DNA of 64,000 bases, taken from Selaginella moellendorffii. Its lineage: Eukaryota > Plantae > Lycopodiophyta. Positions within the stretch are counted from its first letter, which is position 1, and the number at the start of each line of letters is the position of its first letter. The DNA lies in the NCBI RefSeq assembly GCF_000143415.4, contig NW_003314285.1, positions 709,370 to 773,369 of the forward strand. Reading direction: 5' to 3'. The translations under genes and the position numbers were made by a program. Positions 12,701 to 24,974 of the stretch are shown piece by piece. The notes beneath the pieces were generated by a model. The model was not told where the DNA came from. It saw only the letters and a list, made by a program, of their open reading frames with translations, and did not search any database.

Positions 12701-14520
12701 TAACTTAAATAGCCATATTGACTGTGTCCTTCTTTAGGTAGGGATATTCTTTTGAGAAGTGTCCTACTTCACCATAATTGTAGCATACATTATTTCCCAT
12801 ACTACTAGTAGATTTGGTTTTCTTATCAGTGGGTTTATTCTTTTTCGCTTGACTCCCCCACATATTTGCTCTCTGGCCACTAAATTTGCTTTTCTAAAAC
12901 CCTGATAACTTATTTTTAGAGAAACTCTTTCTGAATTTCTTTTTGCTATATGTCCCTCTTGGTTTGGCTCTTTTGTTAAATATGGACCCTGACTATATTG
13001 TGTTCCCTTTTTGCAAATTATCATTAAAATGCACCTTAATAATTGTATTTAATGCTTCATTGTAGGTAGTTAGGTTCCACTGAGCCCAAGTCTATAAGCC
13101 CCATATGAAGGCATGGAATGCATGTCACCTATATCTATAACAAGGATCTTCTTAATCATAAATACATTTACATACTTTTGAATGGTTTCTATCTACTTCA
13201 GTTTACTTAATTAATCCCTTAGGTGCAAAGTAGCATTCATCACTTCCCAAGTGGCCACTAGTCCTTCATTAGCCTCTCTTGTTCTTCACTAAGACTTAAT
13301 ATTATTTGTTAAATATGGTTTTGCACATAAAACCTTTTTAGAGCTTGGTAACCATGACAGTCAAAAGTAATCCTCCATATCGTAAAATAAATCTTCCACC
13401 ACCTTATAGTCATTCACTCCCTTGAAAACCGGTGGGGGCTTTGGTTTGTAATTGGGTATTGTTTAAAGGATTAATTTTATTTTGGTTTATTTAACTTTGT
13501 TCGGTTTTGCCTTAGTCTTTATCAAAGGGTTTATACATTCTACATTACTAACATCTATAATTTTTTCTTTAGCTTGCATATGAGGGTCTTTAATGGGTAT
13601 TGGTTTATGCAAATTGTCCTTCTAAAGCATACAATTGAGCTTTGGACAACCAAACCTCATGTAAGCTCCTAAATTTGGTCTTCCCGAGATGTCACTCAAC
13701 CTAGTGCTACCAAAGGCACTTAATCCCAAATATCTTAAGACTCTTAACTAATTGAAAAAAAGGGTGTACTCTTGTTCATGAACCTTTTCTCTTTATATTT
13801 GAATTCTATGGATTGTTTTTTAAGTCATTCTTTTTTATTGCTTACACCTTACCATTAAACTCTTGTTTGGAAATTTCTTCACTAGAGTGTTCCTTATGTA
13901 AAGATTCCTTATCCATAACTTTTTATTTAACCAAAGGCTCCATCTTTGGAGGAGGTTCTATCTCTAATGCCTTGCCTTAGCCATCTTTTAGCAATCCATT
14001 TATATCTTTTGCTAGAATTAAGGAAAAGACTCTAATACTAAATTGTAAGTTACAAATTTTTACTTTTCATTTTGCCAACTTACCTTGTCTATCCGACCAC
14101 CTCTGCATTAGCTTTAGTTAAATTCTCTTGCCAAGTTTTCACCTATTATATTAGCTCCTACTTTGTCCTACTTGGATTCAACTACTCACTACATAAATAA
14201 TGAGGTATTAGCCATCCCTTCATGGATTCCAAATTTTTTTTTCAATCCCCTTCTTTGGGTTAGATTGGATTTAATGTTCAACTACACTCCTTATAGGCAC
14301 AAGTAGCTAAGAATACAAAGCCTCTAGATTTTTAAGTTCTTTAAGTACAATAAGACTTGATCATAAAACCTTGTAAATCCCAAGCCTTAAATACATCTCT
14401 TGCTTTGGGACCATAAGGGGAACACTGTGGCTTAACAGTCTGATATGGATACCCTTACTCCCCCACTCTCATCCTAAAGGGAAGGCTCAAGCCCTTAAAA
14501 AGGAGTGAGGACTAATGAGC
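9781..14520 (-). mobile_element. Degenerate Ty3/gypsy LTR retrotransposon
   Basis: RT remnant (KKKDTSICMCIDY...KNKYPLSRIKDIFDKL...YFSKIDLR, 11759-11941). PPT-like tract 10205-10240. Degenerate Met-i PBS (minus TAGTATTAGAG) at 14030-14040. Many stops. Confidence 0.8.
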
Positions 14521-14529
14521 CGTATGGAT

Positions 14530-14732
14530 TTAGTCTCGGACTTAGTTTTGAATCCGATTTTAGATCTTGGACTCGATCTCGAATCTGATCTTGAATCTTG
14601 GACTCGGCCTCGAACTTGTTCTTGGGCTCCATCTTGAACTCGGTCCTTGGACTTGATCTTGAACTCAGTCTCGGACTTGGTCTTGCACTCGATCTTGGAG
14701 TTAGTTTCAGACTCGATCTTGGACTTCGTCTT
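14530..14732. repeat. Degenerate 12-bp minisatellite (GACTCGRTCTTG), related to the 9425-9780 array
   Basis: Repeated gactcgatcttg / gacttggtcttg units. Confidence 0.8.
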
Positions 14733-15649
14733 TGATAATTTTTTTTACATTTTAATCATGATTTTTGAGATCTTTTAGCTTACAAAATCTGGGGGAGTTA
14801 GTTCCTTATATAACTATGCCCAGTCCAGCTAGCAAACAAAGGACTTTGAGAGGTTATTCGTAAGATCAAAACGACCTCTATCAAAGTATACACAATAAAT
14901 TTTTCTTTCTTGACTTTGCATTTAGTCCAAGTGCTCTATATTTATAATTTTATTATAAACACTTAATGATGATTTCATCAATTGGGATTTTATACTTTCT
15001 TGTGGCATTCTTCTTCAATGAGCACAATGTCCAATAGGTGAACGGTTGACAAATCTCTTTTAAAATTATTGTACAAGACTAAGTTGATAGAAGTGAACAC
15101 ATTTGGGACTTTTTGCAACATCTCTTTCAATGTTGTTTTTATTTCAAGATCTTTATCAATCTTGGTCTTCCTTGGTTTGAGCTAATGAACCTGATAGTGA
15201 ATTAGAAGTGGCGTGATGTTAAATAAACAATTTTCCCTTCTTTAAATCTTTTTATTTTTCTTCTTCAATCCATTCTTCTCATAATAGTTAAATTAGTAAT
15301 TTATGAAGGAGATAAATTTTTTAAGGTATGTTATATTTCTAATAGTTAAAATTAATAAGATCTAACTTATAATATTTAGGGTATAATTGAGAGTACTAAG
15401 AAGAAAATAGTATAAGCTTGATCTTATTAGTTTTAACTATTAAAAATATAGTATTAGTCTTTAATAAAATATGGAAAAATACTGATATCATGATATAGCA
15501 TTGAGAGCTCATGACAATCTTAAATGTAAACTCCACTTTGTTATATAAAACTTTATATGGTGAATCATTAATTGAATTTTCGGGCAAATATATCCTAATT
15601 TGAATATAAATGTTCATATGTTTCATGATAAAAAAAAGACTTGAGAAAA

Positions 15650-16300
15650 TAATCTATTAAGGTTTAAATATAGAGGGAAGGGGCCCATGAATAATAATAT
15701 ACCTCTTTTTAAAATTGATTAAGGGTATTGAGATATATGGAGTTAAATATTTTGGGATTTGAATAATACTAATATAGGTGATGTCTTGGGAAGTCTAAAC
15801 TTAAAAGCTTATATTTAGTATAAAAAATTCTCAAATCAAACTCTTTTGTTAATTACTTAGAGGAATCTTACCATATATTGAGATTGATATATAATAATTT
15901 AATTTACTCCCACTTATATATTGTTGAATTTGGACGTAATCTTAGGATGCTTTACCTCAAATATCCCAAGACCATTAACCAATTTAAATAAAGGGTGAAC
16001 TCTTGTTAATGAGCCCCTTAGCTTTAGCTCAACCAGAGTATATTAGACTACCAAATGTCAATGTTAATATATGATTCCCCTAGTCAATTAATAAAGACCT
16101 TTTTAATACCAAATGTATGTTTTTGAATTTGGATTTCTCAAAAGGTCACCTATTCAAACCTAAAGATGTTTAACCACAAGTATCCAAAAACGTTTAATTG
16201 ATTTGAGAAAGAAGTGCACTTTTATTCATAAATATGAACTTACAAGGAAAAGTGGTAAATTGTAAGTAATTAAAAAATATAGCTTAAGAGACAATCTATT
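15650..16300. mobile_element. Gypsy leader/LTR fragments in both orientations
   Basis: 15660-15830 is the reverse complement of 13660-13790-like sequence, and 15880-16030 is a same-orientation copy. PBS-like TGGTATTAAAA on the minus strand at 16101-16111. Confidence 0.55.
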
Positions 16301-16899
16301 ATTATTTAAATCTAAATAGAAAATCACCTTTCTATGATCACCTGTTAAAAGTGTTAAAAGGTGATTACCTTTTAACAATGCTCAAGAACCATGCAAGTAT
16401 GTATAAAGTTTTTCAAAATCCGAAACTTCTATTAAACACTTATTTATTATGGAGTAATGCACTTTTTGCTAGTTACCATGTAAGGTTAATGTACACAATG
16501 GGATGATGATAACTAAGCACACTTATGTTTTTTTGCATTAACACATATTTAAAATAAACATAAAAAAACATCAATAAGTAAGCTAAAAAGTTGAGTGTAG
16601 TTAGGATTTGCTAAAATNNNNNNNNNNNNNNNNNNNNNNNNNNNNNNNNNNNNNNNNNNNNNNNNNNNNNNNNNNNNNNNNNNNNNNNNNNNNNNNNNNN
16701 NNNNNNNNNNNNNNNNNTACACATCATTTATATACGTTTTGGAGTAAAATAATCACAAGTTTTTTATGATTAACTTGCAAACCATACCCAAAATAAATTA
16801 TGTTTTTAAAGCCAAATACACATTTAGATTGCTTTAGCTTCAATATAACTTTTTATAGTCAATCCATTTTAGACATTACAACATGCTCTTTTTATGTCC

Positions 16900-17450
16900 C
16901 CTTTGAGTGGATTTAAACATCATTAATGGAGATGATAGTTATTTTTAGCATATCATAAATAATTTCATCCATCATACACTAAAATGTCACCAAAGCATTG
17001 TTAAAATTGAATGATATTATCAAAAACTAAATGGTGTATAAAAATTAATCTTGGGAATATCTTCTTCAGCCATAGACACTTGTTAATACCCAAAAATGAT
17101 ATCTAACTTGGTAAATCAACAACTTTGCCCCAAATGATTCAAGAGATTGCTAGTGTGCCAAAAAGGGTATATATCTGGGATAATCAAATTATTTAACAAT
17201 TAATAGTTAATGCAAAATTGAATATTTTCATCAAACTTCATCATAAGACAAAGTTTATATGCTTTCCAAAACTTTTAGATGACACTTTTCTCCAATATCT
17301 TCTTGATATTCGCTTATTGAATTTTGATCTCCTGTAATAATCAACACTAAAGAGGAACTGTGATTAAACAAACATCTCCAGTTGGAATAGGATGATGAGT
17401 TGTAATCTTGGTCTTAGAAGATAAATCAAAATCAAAGAAATTAGTATATT
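16900..17450 (-). mobile_element. Degraded reverse-transcriptase remnant (same family as 36720-37320)
   Basis: The reverse complement of 17281-17390 matches 36781-36900 (caactggagatgtttgtttaatc...tctaaaagtt). Confidence 0.65.
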
Positions 17451-17981
17451 CCTTCCATAGCAAATCAATCCTATGTATATGCATGTATACTTTCATTGCC
17501 ATAGAGAATGAAGACTGACTCTATTGTATGATGCAAATGTAAATGATAACATATGGCAACAAACCAAACAATAAAAGATGAACTCAAACCTATATCAACC
17601 AATATAAAGAAGATATTGTTATAAAAATGAGCTTAAAAAGTGAATACTAAATAAATTAGTGCTAAGTGAACTTTTTATTAATACTTCCAAAAAAAAGATG
17701 AAGGGTTATTAACTTATTCAAGCAAGAATCTCTATTACTCTCATGGTTATTTTTTTTTAAAGATCTCTATGTCAAGACTTTTTACATTACATGATGTTGA
17801 TGCTAAGGCTTCCACCTAGGAAATGAAGGATGCCAATTAAGGAAATATTGATACAAATGATGTATGATTAGCTTCATTATATGCCCAGTAAATATCATGG
17901 CCATAACTATGTCCTCATCCTTATCTTTGAACATGGGCAGTAGTAGTATTAAAATTTGCTCCGATATATTTCACTTTACAC

Positions 17982-19006
17982 TGTCGCAAATATGACTTCA
18001 GATATTGAAAGTTATTTGTCAACTAGTCCTTTCAGATATTTTTTCCTTACTACCACAATGGTAGAAAGTTAGTATTGCTAGACCCTTTATTAGTCCCTCT
18101 TATTCAAGTGTTAGTAAATTGAACTTTGCATCTGTATTTGGCCGGATGAACATAAGGATAAAATTCTTAAGTGTATAATTAACTCAAATGACCCTTGACA
18201 AAGATAATATCACTTAGGTTAATTCCTAAGTTTTCTTTTACTTTATCTTGCACTGGCTTGACAAGAACCCTCGCGTATTGAGATTAATCCCTCAATATCG
18301 CTGGATGATAGCTTATTGTGTTTGCCAAACACTCTCACTATCATGCCTTTTATGTTAGTCTCATTCTAGTCCCAAATGCTATTTATGAAAAGTGTCTAAA
18401 TTTGCTCATTTGGCATATCTATAGAACATAAAGATTGTCCTGAACACAATGATGTTTATCCATGTCCAAATTCACAATCTAGAGACATTCCATATTTAGT
18501 AAATTTCAAGCTTATCCTAAAGACTAATTCCTAGTACTAAGGGTGGCTTGGGGTGAAAGCCCAAAGCGTGTGTTCCTCTAGGGGGGTGTTTCAAATATAT
18601 AGTAGGGATAGTGGGTAAGTTGGGCATGGCTGACTAACCTAAGGCATAGTTTAACTCTTGCTTGCATGTTTGTCCTTGTTCTACGTCCGGCTTGTGTCTA
18701 AGCCCAAGTTCCACACCATACTAGTTGGTGGAGTACCCATGTCCTCATGTTAGGATATCAGTATGTTGAAATAGCACTAGACTTCATTTGGCTCCATTTT
18801 GCATGCTGGTTCTAGCATTAGGATGCTGGATGCTCTAGGACTATTTAAAGTTGCTTTGTGTTTCTGTCTCTTTGTTCTTTGGGCTATATGCTCGAGAGTT
18901 GCACTGTGCTCCAATTCCATTGCTCCTTAGTTCCATACTTAGGAGTTTAGCTTCGTTCCTATGGTAAATTATCATAGGATGAAGGGTGAAAACTACGTGT
19001 GCTACA
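17982..19006 (-). mobile_element. Solo LTR (copy A)
   Basis: TG...CA termini, near-TSD tacac/tatac. Reverse-complement homolog of 19251-20434. Confidence 0.7.
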
Positions 19007-19250
19007 TATACAAAGCAAAAAGTTTAGAAAGTGAATACCAAATTGCATAACTAACTCAAATGAACCTTGACAAAGATGATGTAATTACTAGAAGGCACAT
19101 CTAAGATAAAGCTTTAATTCTACATAAGCGGCTACATTCAAACCATTATACTATTGAAAAACTATCCCTTGAAGACATGTGGGAAACTTGTTTAAATGCC
19201 AAATATCATCCCAAGAATGATAGATAATAATCACCATAAAGTGACCAATG

Positions 19251-20434
19251 TGTAACATATATGGTTTTCACCCTTTTTCCTATAGTGATTTGCCATAGGA
19301 TAACTATGAAATGGAATTTAAACCCTCTATGTGCCATATGTCATATGCCATATATCCAAAGATAATAGAGTAGAACTAAAGTTTTAGAGCCTTGGGCCAC
19401 TGAATGAAGGGATAGAGGCAAACTCTTAAATATGGAGCTAAAGAGCAAAAGCATTGAAGCATATAGTATGCTAAGTCCAACACGTAAAACAGAGCTAAAT
19501 GGAGTTTGGCACTATTTCAATATGCATAAAAATATAGGTATTCCACCAGTTAGCATGGTATAAAACTTGGGTTTAGACCCAAGTCAAATGTAAAACAAAA
19601 ACAAGCATGCAAGCAAGAGTTATAGCATTGCCTTAAGTTGGTTAGCCATGCCTAATCTACCCACTATCCTTACTATATATTTTGAACTTTCACACCCCTC
19701 CTAAAGAATGCATACTTTGGGCTTTTACCCTTAATACAAGAGGTTAGTCTTTAGGACAAGCTTGAAACATACTAAATATAGAATTAGTAATTTGTGCTAT
19801 AAGGCATACCCAAAGTATGTATTCCTCAAGGGGGTGTAATTACTAGAATTACTAGAAGAATTACATTTGGAACCCCTCCCTTTAAGGAACACATGCTTTG
19901 AACTTTCACCCCAATTCTAGAAGTTAGTCTCTAGGACAATCATGAAAACTTACTAAATATGGAATAATATTAAATTATAAATTTGGATGTAGGAATAACA
20001 CCATCATATTCAAGACAAGCTCTACATTCCATAGATATGCCTAACTCATAAATTGACACTTTCTATAAATAGCCATTAGGACTGAATAGGACTAATACAT
20101 GGGGCATGATAGCAAGAGTGTCTTGGCGGACATAGTAATCTATCATTTAGCAAATATTGAGGGACCAAACTCAATATTGTAAGAGTTCCCAACATTAACA
20201 AGTGCAAGTTAATGAATGAGTTTCTCTAACTATATCAAGTATACTTGACTAATAGCATATAAGAATTTTGTCTTTATGCTTTTTTGGCCAAATGCACATG
20301 CAAAGGCCAATTTCTCAACTACCTTAGGTAGAGACTAAAAATGAGTTTAGCAATATTGACATCCTGCCGTCATGGTAGTAATGAAAGGATTAGTTGATAA
20401 GTAATTTTCAATACATATAGTCACATTTACGACA
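19251..20434 (+). mobile_element. Solo LTR (copy B) with internal partial duplication
   Basis: tgtaac...cgaca termini, near-TSD caatg/taatg. Internal repeat ~19690-19780 vs ~19870-19960. Confidence 0.7.
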
Positions 20435-21192
20435 TAATGGTACACTTCATCCCCAAAATTCTTATGGAATAAATTTAATAAGATGAAAGGATTAATAGTA
20501 AAAGCAGAAAAAGTTGCACTATATATCATCAACACCACTATCAATTGTGTTTAATTGTTCAACTACAATCACATAATATCAAGCAATTGCACCAATTGCT
20601 ACTCCAAGTTAAAAGAGGAAGTTTTTGCAAAGGAGCATACTACTTTACCATGAAGATGAATGAAAAGAAAGAGCAAAAGTTAGGTCTAAACAAAAAATAT
20701 AAATCTAAGCACTTTTCAAATACAACTAGAATTGCTCCTCATCTCTACCAATGCAAGTGCTTATAATATAAAAATGTGTATATTTTATAAGCCCTAAAAC
20801 CCTAACTTATATACAAAAGCAAGTGGTCTAAATTGAAATCAATTCAATAGTTACCAAAATCCCTACATATTAATAATGGTATATAGCATTGGAGCTATAC
20901 ACCTAGACCTAACAAATGCTTTTAAATATTATAGATGCCATTTAATTCATGTATATATAAGCTTAATAATATATGTAAATAATGGTTCCCATGTATTATA
21001 AGAAATAATTATAGAATAAATTTCAAAACTATAATAGCATTGTTGTAGATAGTTAATAAAAACAAGTTCTTAAACTAGGAAAAAGTTATTATAAAAAGTA
21101 GAATGTAAAAGAGAAACATAACTTTATTAAAGAAAAAATATTTTTCTGTATATAACAGTTAAAAATATTTCTCTAAATTCAGAATATAAGAA

Positions 21193-22092
21193 ATGTTAAA
21201 ATTATATTATTATTTTTTATGTTTTTATTTATTTAAAATGTCTATTTCTATGAAATTTAGCTATGCTGGTAAATATAAAATGACAAATGAGAGTGCTAAA
21301 TTAGTTTTAGAAGCTATGGATTTAATGATTAATAGTATTTCTTCTGAAGAAATACCAAAAGGTCAAAGTATGCAATTCGAATATACAATTCACGATAATA
21401 TACAGGGAAATATAACATGTATAAATCAATTATGGATTTATAGTTCTAATGGAAAAATGATTGATACAACTTGCAGTACAAATCTTAATGAATATGAACA
21501 AGACCATGGAAATAATACAAGGCTACAATTTAATAATTTATTACAAACATATCGTACTAATATTCAAAATTTACGTCCATTATACTTTAGATTATTATCT
21601 GGTTTATATGCTATTGAGTTCATAGAAAAATATATGTATAGTAGAGGAACTCGTAGTATTAACAGCTACACTCTAAATAGTTTATATGATTGTGAAATTT
21701 ATCAAACTATATTAATTAGTAATATGCCATTTAATTCATTGAAGGCCTATCAGTTTTTAATATCTCCAAATAGAAAAGCCCATTTATATTTACATCTTAA
21801 CTGCATGTTGGTGTTATATATTAAGACTTCTATAAGATGGTATAAAGGATCAGATCATTTTAAAAAATGTGAATTTAAAATACAGATGGATGGAAATATT
21901 GTGTTATATTCTGAAAATAAAGATATAATATGGTCCCCAAATATTTATTGCAAAACTAAAGGCTGTGAACTTAAAACATTTCTTTCACTTCAAAATGATT
22001 GCAATTTAGTATTATATGAATCCCATCAAAAAACATTTTTAAAACATCCTATATCAAGAGCATTATGGGCTTCAAATACAAGCCCATGTTAA
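21193..22092 (+). CDS. AT-rich intronless secreted protein: unknown N-terminal domain + bulb-type lectin
   Basis: 299-aa ORF with hydrophobic N-terminus. QMDGNIVLY and QNDCNLVLY match the QxDxNxVxY mannose-binding motif. Ends ALWASNT. Confidence 0.8.
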   Translation: MLKLYYYFLCFYLFKMSISMKFSYAGKYKMTNESAKLVLEAMDLMINSISSEEIPKGQSMQFEYTIHDNIQGNITCINQLWIYSSNGKMIDTTCSTNLNEYEQDHGNNTRLQFNNLLQTYRTNIQNLRPLYFRLLSGLYAIEFIEKYMYSRGTRSINSYTLNSLYDCEIYQTILISNMPFNSLKAYQFLISPNRKAHLYLHLNCMLVLYIKTSIRWYKGSDHFKKCEFKIQMDGNIVLYSENKDIIWSPNIYCKTKGCELKTFLSLQNDCNLVLYESHQKTFLKHPISRALWASNTSPC

Positions 22093-22140
22093 TAAATGAC
22101 ATGTAAACTTTTTTTTCTATGTAAGGCAATAAAGAAACTA

Positions 22141-23050
22141 CTAGATTGAACTGATCGAGAAAAACTGCTGGAGCACTGGAACACGGAGCTGCTTAAGTTG
22201 CTCCAGAGTTCCCGTGTCCACCACAGATCCATCACAGAGAAAAGTGGCAACGTCAACAATGCGCTCTATCTGCTGCATGTTGTGAGAGACTAAAACCACG
22301 GTCATACCATCCCTCCGGAGCTCCATCACGGTTTTCTCCACGAGATTGGTCGAGAGTGGATCTAAAGCACTGGTTGGCTCGTCTAGCAGTAGAACCTCGG
22401 GCTCGTTTGCCAGAGTCCGAGCTAGCGAGACACGCTGAGCCTCGCCACCAGAGAGCTCCTTCTCGGACTTTGATGCAAACCTTTTGCTTGGATCAGCGAT
22501 GCCCGCTCGCACGAGAAGCTCCTCGATTCTTTCGTCAGAGAGATGGACTCCTCGAAGAAGCGGGCCATATCTCACATTGTCAGCGACGCTTCCTACGAAA
22601 CCAAAAAGAAGAAAGATAAAAGGAATGATTGGAGAGAAGAAGAGAAAAGTGACGATCTTACCAGGGAACAAGCACGCAGCCTGGAACACCATTCCAACTC
22701 GACGTCTCAGTCCTATAACTTCGAGCTGTGTGATGTCCGCTCCATCCAAGAAAATCGCTCGAGCAGGAGGCTCCCATAGCCGATTCAATGCTCGCAACAC
22801 TGTCGATTTGCCACTTCCAGAAGGGCCAATGAGGCCATGAATTGTTCCAGCTTTGATTTCCAGATTGATCCCAGACAGTAGCGTCGCGCCATTCGACGCC
22901 AGCCTGCGTAGATTGTCGACACGGATCTTAATCGCAGTAGCTGCTGCGTCCTGCTCTGCGAAATCTGAGAGTAGATATGAGGCGTTAGATCGGTCGCAAG
23001 GAACTTACACGAGAATCAGCAGCTCCAGTGGCCTGGGCTGCGCAATAATT
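22141..23050 (-). CDS. ABCI17: ABC transporter I family NBD subunit (ABCI17/STAR1/NAP3-like), start codon uncertain
   Basis: Walker A GPSGSGKST, LSGGEAQRVSLARTLANEPEVLLLDEPTSALD. Intron ~22595-22660. Confidence 0.85.
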
Positions 23051-23317
23051 TGACAGTTTCCCCGCTGGAGGAGGCCACCATTGTGCTGTGGCGAGGCATC
23101 CCCCCGCTGCGCCAAGCATTCTTCGCGATAGCCAGGAGCCCTAGCATCGCAGCCGTCCACTTGAACGCATCTCTCCCGCTCATTTCACATTAAGCGCGGA
23201 TCAATCCAGGCCGTTGAATAAACGGTTTAAATGGACGGCCGGATCGGAATGTTCTAGACGACTAGGCTTCCTCATTTCCATTCTTTCGTTCTATCGAGCT
23301 TGGATTTGGAGCTAGCT

Positions 23318-24133
23318 ATGGCGCCTCTCAAAGCGGTGGCTGTTCTTGCCGGGACTGGCGTATCTGGAGTCGTGAGCTTCGTCGAGGACGGCGAAGGTGA
23401 GAGCAATTTCGGCGGAAAAGCCCTATTGATCTGCGAGTTTTGCAGGTACTACGGTGTCTGGAAAGATCACGGGCTTGGTTGCGGGCGAGCACGGCTTCCA
23501 CGTCCACGCATTGGGCGATACCACGAACGGATGTTTGTCCACAGGTAGGGGTCGATAGCTGGGGAAAGATTTGAGCTTTGAGCTGAAAAAGCTTGTGATT
23601 TCTTGTCTAGGCGCTCATTTCAACCCAAATAATCTGGAGCATGGGGATCCAAGCGATAAAATCCGGCACGCTGGCGATCTAGGGAATGTGACCGCAGGCC
23701 CCGATGGTAAGTTTCGTCCACTGTAGAGAGCTTTGATTCTGATTTGCTTCTTTTCAGGAGTTGCGGAGTTCGTCATCAAGGACAAGCAGGTACCTTATGC
23801 TTTTCATTTTTCCTTCACGAACTTCTCCTCCTTTTTCTTTTCGTTCTCGTGTTTTAGATTCCTCTAGCTGGGGCAAACTCGATTGTGGGCCGAGCCGTCG
23901 TCGTTCATGCGGATCGTGATGATCTTGGCAAAGGTTCTTTCATTTTGGTTTTCCACTGTTGGTCTTGATTGTTACCTTCTCGGAGTTTTCAGGTGGACAC
24001 GAGCTGAGCAAGTCGACGGGAAACGCTGGTGGACGTCTTGCTTGCGGTAAGCTTTTGTATACTTTGATAGAGTATCTCGCTTAAACTTCTTTCAACTCCC
24101 ACAGGAGTGATCGGACTCCAGGCATCTGCCTGA
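23318..24133 (+). CDS. CSD1: Cytosolic-type Cu/Zn superoxide dismutase (multi-exon)
   Basis: Exons give [57 protein letters not shown]...GLQASA*. Confidence 0.92.
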
Positions 24134-24974
24134 ACGCGAGCGACTTCCCGATCAATACTTCTACTCATATATAAAGAGTTTTTCTGACGAAAGAATAAGT
24201 GATTATATCTTTCCTTTACAGTTCGAATGTGGTGATTGCCTGTACCTGGTCACGGGGGTATTCCAGGAGCGCCGAAGACCTCTCCGGTTTTGTTCGTCAC
24301 AGGATTTAGAGTTGGTTTCCATTCTAAGAATGCTTTTCCATGCTACAGTTGCTAAGCATTTGCTAAGAATGTAAGAACAATCACAACATGGAGTGTTGCT
24401 AGAGGCTTGGTTTTGTACTTAGTACAGCTCTTATTCTTCACATACATTTCCAGAGTTCTATCTTGTTGACATTTTATTTCTTTAGAATTAATGAATAGGA
24501 TTTAGAATTTTTTCTAATTAATAATAATAAAATTTATGATGTTTAGAGACTTTAATGCTTTAATATATCATTGTAAAAATGATTCAAGATATTATAAAAG
24601 ATCCAAGTTTTGCATATATTTTTCTATCATTTACTCACTAAATTAATCTCATATTTAGTAGATACTTAAAATATGCTCTATTGATATGTATCTTTGAAAT
24701 TATTAAACATTTAATTATATTTCTGTAACTAGGTAGCTTTTCAGAAAGAAATATTGTTTAAAGTATAAAATTACATAAGAAATATAAATTTTTACTAAAA
24801 AGCTAAAAGCTAGAGTACTTTTAAATATTATTTATTGTTTTCAAGATCATTGATCATATGTGAGTATTTTCTATAATTATAAACCTTAGAAATATATTTT
24901 AAAAATTTATACAGGATTTAATATATAAATTTTTAAGTATTTATTTACGAACAAGTTTATATATCTATTTTAAG

